DNA of 55,873 nucleotides, filler included, from Platydemus manokwari (taxonomy: Eukaryota): assembly GCA_037951405.1 (NCBI GenBank). It is 5 parts of 5 records of this genome, joined end to end, with 100 filler letters (N's around TTAATTAATTAA, not from the genome) between each part and the next. Parts side by side here need not be neighbours in the genome. Positions count along the whole stretch, not along the records: positions 9,727 to 20,449 come from JBBMOY011109997.1; positions 20,550 to 31,093 come from JBBMOY011125552.1; 3 more parts are not named here. One strand, 5' to 3'. Within the stretch, counting starts at the first letter, position 1. Each line of letters opens with the position of its first letter. The translations under genes were made by a program, and so were the position numbers. Under the pieces are notes generated by a model. That model was not told the origin of the DNA. It saw only the letters and a program-made list of their open reading frames with translations, and ran no database searches. Shown here one piece after another: positions 12,830-26,150 of the stretch.

Positions 12830-15800
12830 GCATAAAAAAAGAAAAATAAATATAGTAACGACCATTATGCCTTATAATTATATAGAATGAATTTTATCAA
12901 CAAAGAATAAAAATGGCGCCATTCATAGAAATGCGACCATTGAAAACACTATAGAAGAAACACGATAAGTTAAGCATTCACCCAAACTTTTACAACACGC
13001 AGTTGAAAACGTACAAGACCGATATTGAAATTTACCGAGTGACGACAAAGCCGATATTGTTCTTTTGTACAGATTTTATTTATTATTATTATTATTTTAT
13101 TTACTGCATAAAGAAGCAATTATTAACCTAAATTAATGATTCTCCTGATCTCACTCCGGTACCAGTTATTTTGGATATCATGTAAGTATCTGCTTGCGCA
13201 GTGTACTGCATAATTTGCCAGACTTGTTTTTTATTTTTGTATAATCTTGTTTTTCGTTTACCTAAATAAATATTTATTAACAATTTGTGTAATCTCAATT
13301 ATCAAACAGTAAAATTTAACACATTCATATTATAGGCTTCACTGGTGCAACGGGACATTGCGAATCCTTGTTGCTACAATGAATAATATTTTGGGTTTAT
13401 CATTTCAGACCTTTATTTAGTCTTATTCCGGTGCCTTTGTCTCCATACTAGCAATTGAAACCCACATTGGAACCAGATAAAATAATCAAAACCCATAACT
13501 CAATAAATTAATTGATAATTTATTTAAAAATCACAGGCATTTCTTTCAATATTGTTGGGGTTTTATAAGATTCGATAAAAGTAAATGAAATTGAAACGAA
13601 ATTTTGGTGTTTAAAACAACCGCACAGCTACCGAAATAGCTGTGAGCGCATAAAAATATAAAATTTTACTCATCATGATTTCTGAATATAAATAGTTGAA
13701 TTGGGACTGAAATTTTCTTGTATGCTTCTTGTAAATAAGACTCGATGAGATTGTTCGAATAATTCTGGTTCAAATTAAACTGGTTAATACAAATGCTTCG
13801 TAAATAAATAATTTGAGAAAATTGCTTCGTTAAAATGCTTCGTGCGGAAAAGTTTCGCTGAATAAATAGCTTGTAATACAGTGCGAGTATGAAAAAGTGC
13901 AATCAAAATAAATTATCTTGCTCTTATATACTGATTTTGTAGGTCACATGGGTCATTCTAGTGTGTTTATTTTTGTTCTCATTTGTTTCTAAATTTAGAA
14001 ACACTCTAGACGTCATGCCTAAATTTAGCAACACCCTACTGTTTTTAGCTACTTGAGTTGCTAAATTGACCTACACTATTTTTGGCAATGACGTAGTTGC
14101 TAAAAATAGATTTATGAAAATTTTTCTTCTTTGACTTTGATTTGCTTTAAACAAAAGAATTTGTTGCGAATAAACAAAATCTTTGTTTTATTTATTTTTT
14201 TAAAATAATTTTTTGTAAAATTTTTTATTCTATTTATTTTTATTTTTTCTGTTGAAAGTAAAAATTTTTTAAATTTAAATTTTTTATATTTTTAAAATTC
14301 TTTTTATTCTTATATATTTTTATCTGTATTTTATGTCTTAGTGTTTCGGGTAGGGTTGGATTCCACAATATTAAAACAAATCTAATTTTCATATAACTTC
14401 CCTCTCCCGTTGTTTTTGAGATCATTTTTAGCTACTGAATTCTTCGAGGTATTGGCTGTCCATAGAAATCAAGAAGCACTTGATTTAGGGTTCAAAATTC
14501 TGTGAGGACCTTCATAACGATCTTTTTTATCTTGTGTGGTTCTTACTTCATTAAAACTTTTTCTCCAACTGCGAAAATTCTACAACCTCTTTTTTAGTAT
14601 TAAATTTCCTTAGGTTCTTGGCTACTGATTATAGCATGCCATCCGTTTCTTTGACGATCTGGTCGTGGTGGCTTGGTTTATTTATTAGTAACCCATTCTT
14701 CGCCCAATCATGTTTCAAAAGAAAAAAATTGAAATTTTAGAAAATTTAAAAATTTCAATTTATAAAGTAAAAATAATTTAATTCAAAAATAATGCTGAAT
14801 TAAATTGTTTAAATCATTGTAATTACAAATCTTGAATTGCAAAAATACATTTCGAAATATAAATTCCATCATCTTGTTTTGTTTTTTAAAATACTTTTTC
14901 TGTGTCTATATTTTAGACGTGTTTAATAAGTTCTGATACCTATTTCATTAATAATTCAAATCAGACTTATAAACTCGATAATTTCGATTTTGATATTTGT
15001 TTTAATTCATGTAATTAACTTGGAAATTCTTAATTTCGTGTCCCATTAACTGATTTGAATTATTAAGGTCATAAAAATTTAGTTAAAATTACATGTAGTA
15101 CTCTAGAACAAAATATGAAATCTCTAATTAAACAACTGAAAAGCTGTGACGATAACAAGTTCTCAACGATGTTATTCATCAGGTACAAATCTGTAGAATA
15201 CTGAAATATTAAAATACATCTAAGATAATTTTATAGTACTAAAGAAATTTTAGATTCAGTGATATTGAGCCTATAGAAATATTAAAAATTTAAATGAAAA
15301 TTGTCAAAACATGAAATATTTTATATTAAATTTATACTTAAATTATAAAACTAATTTATGATGCATAATTATTTTTATAATTAAATAAATTATACTATTT
15401 TTTTTAGATTTTCTAACAAGAATATTTATGAACATTTGTTAAAGTTTGTTATAATTTCTGAATTGTATTTCATTATTATATGGATATGTTAATGATTTTG
15501 TTTTATTAAATAATTTTATAATTCATTGAGGCGGGTAGACGAAAATATTTATCACTTCGTTTTTGATTCTCAGTTTGTAATATTAATTATCATTATAGTT
15601 ATTATATTTATTAAAATCTCTTTATTAACTGGAGGTTATCTTTATGGATCATAAGAGAAACAAATATTCTAAGGATGATCATTCTCATTTAGATAATGTT
15701 TGTGATCTCGGCGATTGATCGAAACACGAGATATATTCATCTCGGTAAAGTGGTGATCTTGCTATCGATTAGGTTATTCTTCTGATGCATTGAAAATGGA

Positions 15801-18800
15801 GTGATAGAATCACATATTGGTATGATTTTCTCTAATGCTTTATATATTCGATGACATAATATTTTATGTTAAAGATATTTATTCCAAAATGGTTTAAAAT
15901 ATGACAACATTAATAATTGTATCTCTATATCCTGCTTAATAGATAATTCGATAATTTTAGATACGGAGCTAAATATCTATCTTAAATTGATATTTTTAAA
16001 ATTCGGTGCAATGATATGGAAATAATTACAATTCTAATCTTTTTCCTCTTCCTGGATGAGCCCCCACCTGTTATACTGCAACGAATTCGAATACAGATAG
16101 TCCCCCTACCGCAACCCAGAGCATCCAGTTTAGGGGTGGACATGCGCATGACTGTCATCACGAAAGCGAACAGTCGGGACCATCCGTGGATTTAGTTTTA
16201 AATATTTCATTTTATATTTTATCTTTATTAAACATTTATAATATTATTGATTTTAACACTATTACCCAATAACAACATAAGCTTAAATGGTGATAAATCA
16301 AACTCACCAATCAACGCAACTAATCCTCATCTCATCTCATCTCCACAACCTATTTATGAGTAATTAATGGACATTGACTCTCACGTATCCACAAATTCTC
16401 AGCATGCACCAATTGATCCGAACATAACAATAAAACATGCACATATTTAAATACTAAATGAACAAAATATTACACTACCTCATGTCAATTACCACAATAA
16501 TCACCATATAGTGTAATCCGTGATGATTTGATCTGTTCCATTGTCGATGAACTTGCCGGTGTTGATCCCGATGATGTTGACTTGTCCCAATCCTCCGATG
16601 ATTCTAATGTAGAATTTATCGCACACACCCCAATTAAAATAGATAACCACCTCATGTTAATCTGCACTTTACCGCCCAAACTATGTGGAAGCGCATCAAC
16701 CTTAACAACTTATGTTAATGTTCTATGACAAATCCGCAACATGTACTGTTCGACAAAACATATTGTTACCCCATTTTCAAACACTAAGAACATGCCAAAA
16801 AATTATGCCGACAAACAACCAGGATATTCCATATGACTCCACCATATTATGCTATTGGGGTTTAGATTATATCCAACACGATCTACACCCAGAATCCTCA
16901 GATCTTAAGCTGCTCCAAAACTACAAATTCGAACCCAAAAACACTATCCGACAAATTTTCCCATCCTGTGCTCCACTATCACTTCCATCTACAGATAACA
17001 TCATAATTCACTTCACTGTGCCATCCCACCGCTAATTTCAGAAGATCTCAGCCAGTCTTATTAATTAATTTAGATTTTATTTCATTCGAAAGTGTCATGA
17101 TGCATATAATTTTTTTCAATGAACAAGAATTCTGTCGAGAATTGAATATAGCTTGGCATCTTGTTTATGAATTTAATTACAAGACTTTCATTCCTAAATT
17201 AATATTTCAGCGTTTCGTTAACATGTAATAGTTGAGGACAAATTGTGTGTGAGAGAGAGATTTACCTTCTCAAACATAATAGACTGTTATTAAAATTTTG
17301 TTTTCATGATAATTTACATTTTCCTTATTATTTATCGTCAAACCGTTTTAAATAGAACTATATATTCATTCCATCTTTACATTAATAAATTTAATATACT
17401 TGAGATATATGAATGTAATTAAGATCGAAAAATGTACATCTTGAATTATAATTTCAAGAAGACTGATAAAATATAATTCAATTAAAAAGGTTTATTGTAT
17501 GAATCCAGTGCCTAATAATTTCAAGAAATATATTTTTCAAATACCTATACAAATTTAACAGAGTTCTAGATTTTTTATATTTCATAGACATGTTCAGTTA
17601 GTATACGGAATCATTTAATGATTCTCTGAGTGATTTGGTTTTGTGGTGAGGAACTATTATTTAGAGTTATTTAGAAAAGGTTTTTATTGGTTGTTCGCTT
17701 TAATTGTACGTAATTTTGAAAGCCGTTATTTATCAATCGAATTTTAGGACAAACTCAATTAAGCGACGCAACATTATTATCAGTATTCTTTCCATAGATC
17801 TTATAATTTTAAATATCATGATAGGATTGATGTCGATTGTTGCCGAAATTTTTTACAAGTTCCTTCATGCAATTTTTGATTCCATAAGTTCGACAATTGA
17901 TTACGGCTTTGTGATCTCTTTATTTATGTTGGACCACTATTTTTGTGATTGTTTGGTTACTTGATTGATGTTGTTATTTATTGAAAATTCTTTAGCTTTG
18001 TAGTGTTGTTATGGATAAGCTGTCATTTACATGTTTTATCATCAAAATATTTTAATTTTGAATTCTTGTTTTTAAAATTGAAAGCATTATATATATACTT
18101 ATTGTAAATTGAAGAAATTATCATTTGTTACAAACGTACAATTCATTTCTTCTGTAGCAAAAGAATAACCTAATCAATCACGAAATCACATTTTTAATAT
18201 TAAAACAACGGTTGGCGTTCTTGGAATTCGAATCATCTCTGTGCTACTAATCTAATTATAATATAATCGTAATTATAATTTTATTGTCTAGTGTAAAATT
18301 GTTTGATTTGTTGTTTGGGTTCATATTCATTGTTGATCTCATACTTCTGGGTACTCTGAAATCTGGTCAGTATTTTGTGTCAAACAGACTACAATGCTCA
18401 ATTTAGGATCGAGGTATATTTTCTTTCTAAGTAGCAAGTTATATAATATTTATAATTACAAGGAAATAAATTTATAAAACTTGTAATCTCTATTAAATTA
18501 AACAATAACATTATATTATAGCATTATAATCTTAAAATATTCGAGTCAGATTTAAACAAAATTATTTAATAGCATGATTAAATAAGAATAAATATAATAA
18601 TATTATTAAAATTTATCGGCTTTTTGTTTATTTTGAAATGATTGGAACACAATTATATTGGTGTATTATTATTATTATTTGATTATTCTTCGCCATTATT
18701 TGTAAATGTATTTGTTTATTAACTGTCATTATCTAATTCATCAGCGGACTAGCTTATAATCAGCCAGATATGCTGGTAATAATGTTATTGTCTGATGTAT

Positions 18801-20449
18801 CCTATTGTTATTGTCATTGACTCAATTATTTGTTACATCGATTATTATCATATCGTTATCTTGTTTGCGCTTATTTTTATGTATTAGATATTTTCAAAGT
18901 TAATGCGGAGAATCTCTTGGTTTTTCACTAATGTTCATTTTCAAACTCGGAAATTGCAAATGTTTATCTTATAACGGTAATCGATAATCTTTTAATTGAT
19001 TTAAAACTATTATTTATTATCAATCACTCTTTCCGGCTATTTTAATAAATCTAAACACAAGCTCGCAGTGCTTTTCTGCATTTTGGTATATATCAATCTT
19101 AAAATTGTCTAATAAAATTATCATGTGAGTCATACATTACTGTTAGCCAATATTCGATTTTTTAATCATACATGTGTTTTAACAGTTTTAATTCAAGCTT
19201 TGTCATACAAGGCTACTGGAATTTTTTTATGATACTCACGTCAGCAGGTACATTGTTTGCCAAGGAATTATTGATACTCAAGATGCTTGATAAATTTAGT
19301 GTTATTGGTTGGGTTTTTTCAAAAATTCCGACCAATCTGCAATGGATTTTACTAAAATTACTACTTGAGATATCGGATCTGTTGACATCTAAACAAATAT
19401 AAATTTTAAAATGAAAAACTAGGTTTATCCAAGTGGGAAAAATTATTTTCACCGTTTATTTACTTTTTGCAGATTATTAAGGATCATATGAGATATATAA
19501 TTTTGAAAAATATTTACGATTTCAATATTTCTCATTCCAAATGGCTTTTAGTATTTAATTATTTTATAATATTCAGTTGTGCTAATTTATTATTAAGATT
19601 ATTAAATTCTTCTATTTCTTTAGTATTACGAAATAAATCTTAATATATTTAAAACTGTACATCTTCATTGATTTGAGCGAATCGATATGGCATGAATTGT
19701 TTCTGATTGTTTTATTTTTTTATCATTTCAACATTTTTATAATGAAATTGTATTGGAATTATTGTTTTCTTGATTTCTTTCTGTTATAAAACCGCCGATT
19801 ATTATTAAATTTCTTTTTAGTTTATTTAAACCAGAAGAGTTCGGGATTTTCTGAAAATTAGATTCCATAGTTGTTTTTATAGTCTTTTACTCTATTCAAG
19901 AACAATCACTGATTTCATTATAAATTACTTTTCTTATCAAATTTGTTTTGTTCTTGAAATATTTTTATTATTTTAAATACGATATTTTTCTGGTATGTTA
20001 TTATATTTTATCGAAGCACATCGCTATTTAGTTTCGGTGAGCTTGGTGCATGTGAATATTAAAATTTTTAAACTTCGTTTTTCATCCATCCCGAGTTGGG
20101 TGGATTGAAATTTGATTTCATCTTGCTACCAAAATATTGTCACGGAGTTTATTTATTTTAAATGAAAATGAGCGAAAGTTTTCTTATCAATATTGGAATA
20201 ATTGTTTTAATATTATATAAAGATATGAACTTTTATTTTTAAAAAATTATTTTTCAGATTATTTTAAAATTATTTTTCAATTTTTAAATTTGTAAAATCA
20301 ATACTATTTTTAAAATTAAATTAAATTAAAAATGTATTAAAAATATTTAATCACAAAAATTATAAACTGCAATAAAATATAAATAATATTTCTTTATTCT
20401 ATATAACAATATTTAATTTATTAATCATATTTATTGAATAAAATTATTT

Positions 20450-20549
20450 NNNNNNNNNNNNNNNNNNNNNNNNNNNNNNNNNNNNNNNNNNNNTTAATTA
20501 ATTAANNNNNNNNNNNNNNNNNNNNNNNNNNNNNNNNNNNNNNNNNNNN
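20450..20549. other. Assembly gap/spacer
   Basis: N run with TTAATTAATTAA linker. Confidence 0.97.
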
Positions 20550-20704
20550 TCTTAACGAAAATTACCATTAAATTTTAAATTAATTAGAAGTAATAATTTA
20601 AACTTTCATTATTTCGTTATTAATTTCAGTTGGTAATTATAATTTGTTTTAAATTATTCAAGTTGTTTATAATAATTTATTAGGGGGTTCCATTTGTTGA
20701 TAAG

Positions 20705-23293
20705 ATGTCGAAAAGGATTTCAGAGGTTTATTTTTTGTAATTATGAGTTAGATTTTAATTATACATATATTATTTGATAGAATGAGAATGTAGGAAGTGG
20801 GGGTAAAAGAGTAATTAATCTTATTTTTAATATATTACTGATATTGTATGTGTTAGATCTGTATTGACAAAGCTTCTAGAGTTTTGCATATTAGAAATGT
20901 TTCTAGTGACGTTTTGGAGCGAGATATTGCAAATCTTGCAATCCCTTTTGGTTTGATTAGCTATTTAGTTTTAACCCGCAAGACAGGCCAGGTAAAGATT
21001 TAGTATAAAATTTTGTCTTGGTTAAAATTTAAGTTAGGCTCTAATGGAAATGCATCATGAAGAGTCTGCTCAAGCGATGGTTGATTATTATTTAAAATGT
21101 CCTCCACAATTTTTTGGTAAAAATATTGTCATCCAATTTTCTCGCTATGAAACATTGTCGGGTAGTGGAATGCATCCAGAAGCAGAAACAGCTGTAAAAG
21201 CTGCTAATGAAGATGTTAGAAAATTATGTGAAGGTGAACCAAAGCTTGTTCTCCACGTAACTGTGGAAAATTGGGAAGGAAATCGTTTAGGCCATTTGCA
21301 TTTTTATAAAGTTAATTTATTACTCATTGATAAATGTATTTATTAATCACGATTTAGCTATTTCATCGATTTGGTGCTGTGTGTCGTATTATTGTGTTTG
21401 TACAAAATCAAAGCCCACAAGCATTGATTGAATTTGAAAACGAAGTAGCGGCTCATGTTGCTAAATTGGTAAATATTTTCTGATCTTAAATTATAATTAT
21501 GAAGTACATATTTAGCAACTAGGTGGTACAAATAGTTTTTATAACCATCCGGTGAGGATTGAATTCTCGACTCGAAAGTCTCTTGATATTAAACACGAAA
21601 GTGATACTGGACGTGATTATACAATTAGTCCTGTTCGAAAGGAAGAATTAAGTAGCATACCAAGTTTTAGTAATAATTACAGCTCGAATGAGCATTCCAA
21701 TGGCAATTATATTCAACATAATGATTATTCGATGATGCGTCAAAGTTCTATTAGTAATAGCCAAATGACACCAGCTGAAGCCATTGCAATGCTACAACCA
21801 CTGCGTATGAGAATTTTCCATGATATATTCGATAATGATGTCAATATTTTTATAGTTCAACAAGCATCTAACAATCCTAGTGATACTTTGCCCATGTTAC
21901 AAAGCTTAGCTCCAACATTGACAAGTCTTCTTAATCAAAGCCAAATGAATTCAATGCATCCTCGTGAAAGTAGTCGATCAAATATGTCCAGCAGTAAATC
22001 ATCTCAACAAGGCAACAGCAATTCTGTTGTGATAATTGCTAATCTTAATGAAGATGTAAGACATTTTACATTATCATAAACAATAACTATGTGATATTTG
22101 CTTGATTTTAATAAGGGTTATAATTTGATTAAAAATGACTATCGTCAATTTTAAGCATTAATTTATTGGAATGAACTCACTTAGAGATTTTTTCGTCTTA
22201 GGGGTGGTTAAGTCTCAGGTTATTGATTAAATAAACAATGAAAAATAAAAATAAACATTGGATAATTACATAACAAGTCAAGCAAATTTCACATAAATAA
22301 AATTGTCTTTCTGGGCTTTTGTCTCTAGATAAAATTGTTACCTGTTAATCTGATACTAAATGATTTAACTTTACTCATTTATTTCATCCTTTAATTCAAT
22401 TCCTGGAATCTGCTATCAATATGGTCAACTGTGTCTTTTCTGAAATGCTGCTGATTATTTAATCTGATAACTCGTCTGATCTTGCTTGAATCTTATCTGC
22501 GGCTGTTTCTCATAAACAGCGGATAACACCAGATGCGCTATTTATACTCTTTGGTATGTTTACTTCATTTGTGTTTCTTCTTATTTTCTTATGGATTTTT
22601 TGTATAATGCGTTGTTTTATAGGAGTTTATGGTGATGTTCAACGTGTTAAAATACTCTATAATAAAAAGAACACAGCTCTTATTCAATTTACTGATGGTG
22701 AGCACGCAGCAAGAGGTATTGAATCATATTAAATGTTATCATTGATTTGACAAACTTTAGCTGTTACAAATTTGAACAACGTCAACTTGTATGGAAAGCC
22801 AATGCGTGTCAATTTTTCCAAACATACAAGTATCAGCATGCCGAAACCGGAAGAACAAAATTCGGTGCATTTGAATAAAGATTATTCGAATAGTAGATTA
22901 CATCGATTTAAGCGAGCAACTTCTCGAACAGTGCAAAATATTTATGCTCCTGGTACTGTTTTGCATCTTGCTGGATTACCTGATTCTTATGAAGAAGATG
23001 ATGTTAGAAATCTATTTGATGAATTTATGGTTACTAAAGTTAAAATGATTAATCCGTAATTTTTATTTTTATAATTTTGAATGAATGACATTTTTTATGT
23101 TTTGCAGAAATCAGCGAAAAATGGCTCTCGTTCAATTAGAAAATGTTGACATGGCTATTGAAGCTTTAATAGTAATTTATTTTCTTATTTTGATATAATC
23201 AACATGATATGTCTATCACAGAAATTACACGATCACGATGTCGGCTCAACAAAACTAAGAGTTAGTTTTAGCAAGGGTTTCATTGCGAATTAA
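20705..23293 (+). CDS. ptb: Polypyrimidine tract-binding protein (PTB/hnRNP I family, 4 RRMs). Exons 20705-20725, 20781-20810, 20857-20991, 21038-21310, 21358-21468, 21516-21804, 21856-22055, 22520-22553, 22623-22715, 22761-23055, 23108-23171, 23222-23293 (538 aa)
   Basis: All introns GT-AG and the joined exons total 1617 nt in one open frame. Motifs [10 protein letters not shown] (RRM1), [12 protein letters not shown] (RRM2), [33 protein letters not shown] (RRM3), [27 protein letters not shown] and [25 protein letters not shown] (RRM4). The first two micro-exons are less certain. Confidence 0.95.
22329..22622 (+). promoter_or_regulatory. Putative splicing-regulatory region around the 34-nt PTB cassette exon (AG-exclusion zone and UCUU motifs)
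   Basis: No AG from 22329 to 22517; TACTAAA at 22354-22360; TCTT motifs upstream and TTTCTTCTTATTTTCTT downstream of the exon. Confidence 0.65.
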
Positions 23294-23333
23294 ATGTTTC
23301 TGTTTTTAGTTTCTGTATGTTCATTTATTATTT

Positions 23334-23339
23334 AATAAA
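23334..23339 (+). promoter_or_regulatory. Probable polyadenylation signal of the PTB gene
   Basis: AATAAA 40 nt after the stop codon, followed by a GT-rich tract (GTTTGTTGTG). Confidence 0.55.
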
Positions 23340-26009
23340 GTTTGTTGTGAATTTAGTCAATTAGCGAGATTTACTTTTTATTGGTGAACTCTTGAAACAA
23401 GCCAAATTTAATACCCAGTAAAAATATCTTGTTTATCGGTATTGACAATAAATAACTATGTGCAATTTGCGCATAATATCGAATTATGGATAACTGTGAT
23501 CGGTAATGTTTGTCTATCCTAACAATTCTGTTTAAATCGCTCTAGTTTGTATTATATATCAGTAGATAATATTGTCAATCAGCTTTTTTTCCAATTATTT
23601 TGAATATATCAGTTACAAAAATATATCAAAACACTAGATAATCAATCAAGATAATTTAATTCTTTATTATTAACTTACAAGTTTAGATTTCTAATTTTTA
23701 TGTAATAATGGCACTTATGCAATGTAATCTTAAAAAGTTGTCATCAAATGTTGTTATCACCAGTGTTCAAGACATGACACTAAATATGATAATAAAACCC
23801 ATAATAAAAATAAGACAATATTTGATAGTTAATCGTTCAAAACTGGATAATTTTTTATTTGAACATTTTAGTATTAATCATATCTTTACAATCACTCCTG
23901 CTGGATTATCACGCATAAGAAATTTGATCAATATCTAAATATATAATTGGAAATTTGCAATAACAGGTGTATCATTAGCTCCAACATTAGTGTTTTTGAA
24001 GTCGCACTTCAGACCGAGACAAGTTAATCTTTTAAAATCTATGGTACTACATTTACGTTAAATTTTATTTATTATAATACTCTCTTTGGTTTGTACTATT
24101 TATAGTCTTTAGCTATTTCAGTGATTTTACACGCAACCTAAAATTTGAGATGAATCAGACTTTAGAATCCAGTATTAAGAAAAAATCTATTGATTAATAA
24201 ACAAACACGAATATTTAATTTAACTCAATCGCTACAATGAAGGTTTAAAACAATGGAATCGTGAACTCTTCTAGTGCATTTCTTTGTGCCTAGTCTTACA
24301 ATTACAAATAAATTCTCATTATTCAATATTCATTAGAAATCAGGACTCTTCTCATGAAAGTATTTTTCAATATGTCAGCAATTTTTTGCTCTACCTTTTA
24401 ACGTTTAGCAATAATCTGTGAATGGTAATAGAATGTTTAACGATCATTTTATTGATTAGATTGATTTAATTGTTATTTTTGGGGTTAAAGTGCTGTCTTA
24501 TGTAGGCATCAATGAGTCACTCGTAGAAATTCTCTACCATTATTTATTTAATGCCATGTATATTTGTTTTCGTATTGGAATTTAATATTGCAAAGTAAAG
24601 TTTATTACTATTAAATTTATTATAGGAGAGAAAAATTCTCTGTGATTAAATTTCAGATCTTGAATATTTTATTTACTGCTACTATTTATTGGGAGTGATA
24701 ATAAGTTACAAGTTATTTGATAATGTTATTGAAATATGTTACGGCTATTTGTTAATTTTATTTTATGGGTAAATTTATTATAAGCAAAATGTTAATGGGT
24801 TTTCAGATATTATTATATTATATTTTTATAAGATTTTGATCATCAAATATTTGTGTTCGATAAAGTATGGTGATTCTAATAAATAATATAAATATCCAGT
24901 ATTGTATTTTATAAATATATTGCCACCAACTTCCAGGAATTGATATTGTTGTCACATAATAATAAATGCATGTCAAATTCAAGATAAGAAAAATATAATA
25001 AATAATTGCTAGATTTTTCACCAAGATCACTAAGAGATTATTACGGATTGTTCTGATTTGGTTTAATAGGATTAGAAGACAGCAACGTTGCTATCGTAAC
25101 CTATAGTTTAAAATACAACTGCTTTTAAACATGACAGAATAAACATTTAAGCTACCTTTGAAGAGCACCAACCAACAACCAACCAACAATTAGCAATATT
25201 CTAATTATAATTTCCATTTAACAATAAATTAACAACATCTTCATATAACAACAATATTCTTAAATACTGACATTTTTATTTTCTGATAACAGCAGCAGTT
25301 CGTTCAAAATTCCCAGATCTTTGACTTCTTATTCGAATAACAAAGCAATTCCTAGCCCAGCAAAATTCAAAATATGATTTTTAATATTTGACCAATAATA
25401 TCAATTCAATTTATCTTTTTCATTTCATCGATGGTGAACATTAATTTTATGAATGTTGATATTTATTTCTTATGAACTTTAAACAAGTTTGTATTGACTT
25501 GAAATTGATCTTATTAATGATTTTGTGTTATGAAAAATAGAATTGATTCAATGACAATGAACAATAATAAGAATGATATTGATCTTGATTAGATATTGAT
25601 TAGTTGTATTGTTTCTGATTTATTTTTATAAATGTCAGATTGGGGAATGATCCAAAAGAAGAGTGACAATAAATTAAATTAATAATATTATTACATAAAA
25701 CAAATAAAATACTTCGATAAAAAAGCGCCGTGAATTTAGAGAAATTTAAATAAAGTAATATGAATGAATGAAAGAATATTAAAAGAAAACAATGATAAAC
25801 GAATTAATCGATAGTTATTACTAGATTAGAATAGTCAAAGAAATTAATAACAAAATAATAATACTGGTAAAGCAAAATTATTGTTTGTAATAATTAAAGC
25901 GAGAAAATGAGAAAATTGAGTCAGGCAAAAAGAAATATAAGCCAGAAGTAAGACTTGCTGGACTATAGAAATCTAATAAGGCGAAACTATCGAACAAATC
26001 AAGGAAATT

Positions 26010-26150
26010 GAATATTGACAAAACGGCGAAAATCTCATTACCATGCGTACCAAAAAATTGTATAAAATATAATCGAAAACCAGGGTAACTAGCCTGGAAA
26101 TTTCCAGCACAAGACTAAACTGAGAGATCATTGAAATTTTGTGTAGGAAC
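26010..26150 (+). mobile_element. Possible decayed Tc1-type transposase catalytic fragment
   Basis: Frame-broken pieces resembling QDNAxxH and WPAQSPDLNxIENLW (..TAKSH.., WKFPAQD..IIEIL). Confidence 0.3.

Noticed and set aside
18730-18790. CTGATGA on the minus strand as a hammerhead core
   Set aside because: No correctly placed GAAA or stems II and III.
18840-19900. Possible non-LTR retrotransposon 3' remnant on the minus strand
   Set aside because: Only vague fragments; no RT or zinc-knuckle motif could be read with confidence.
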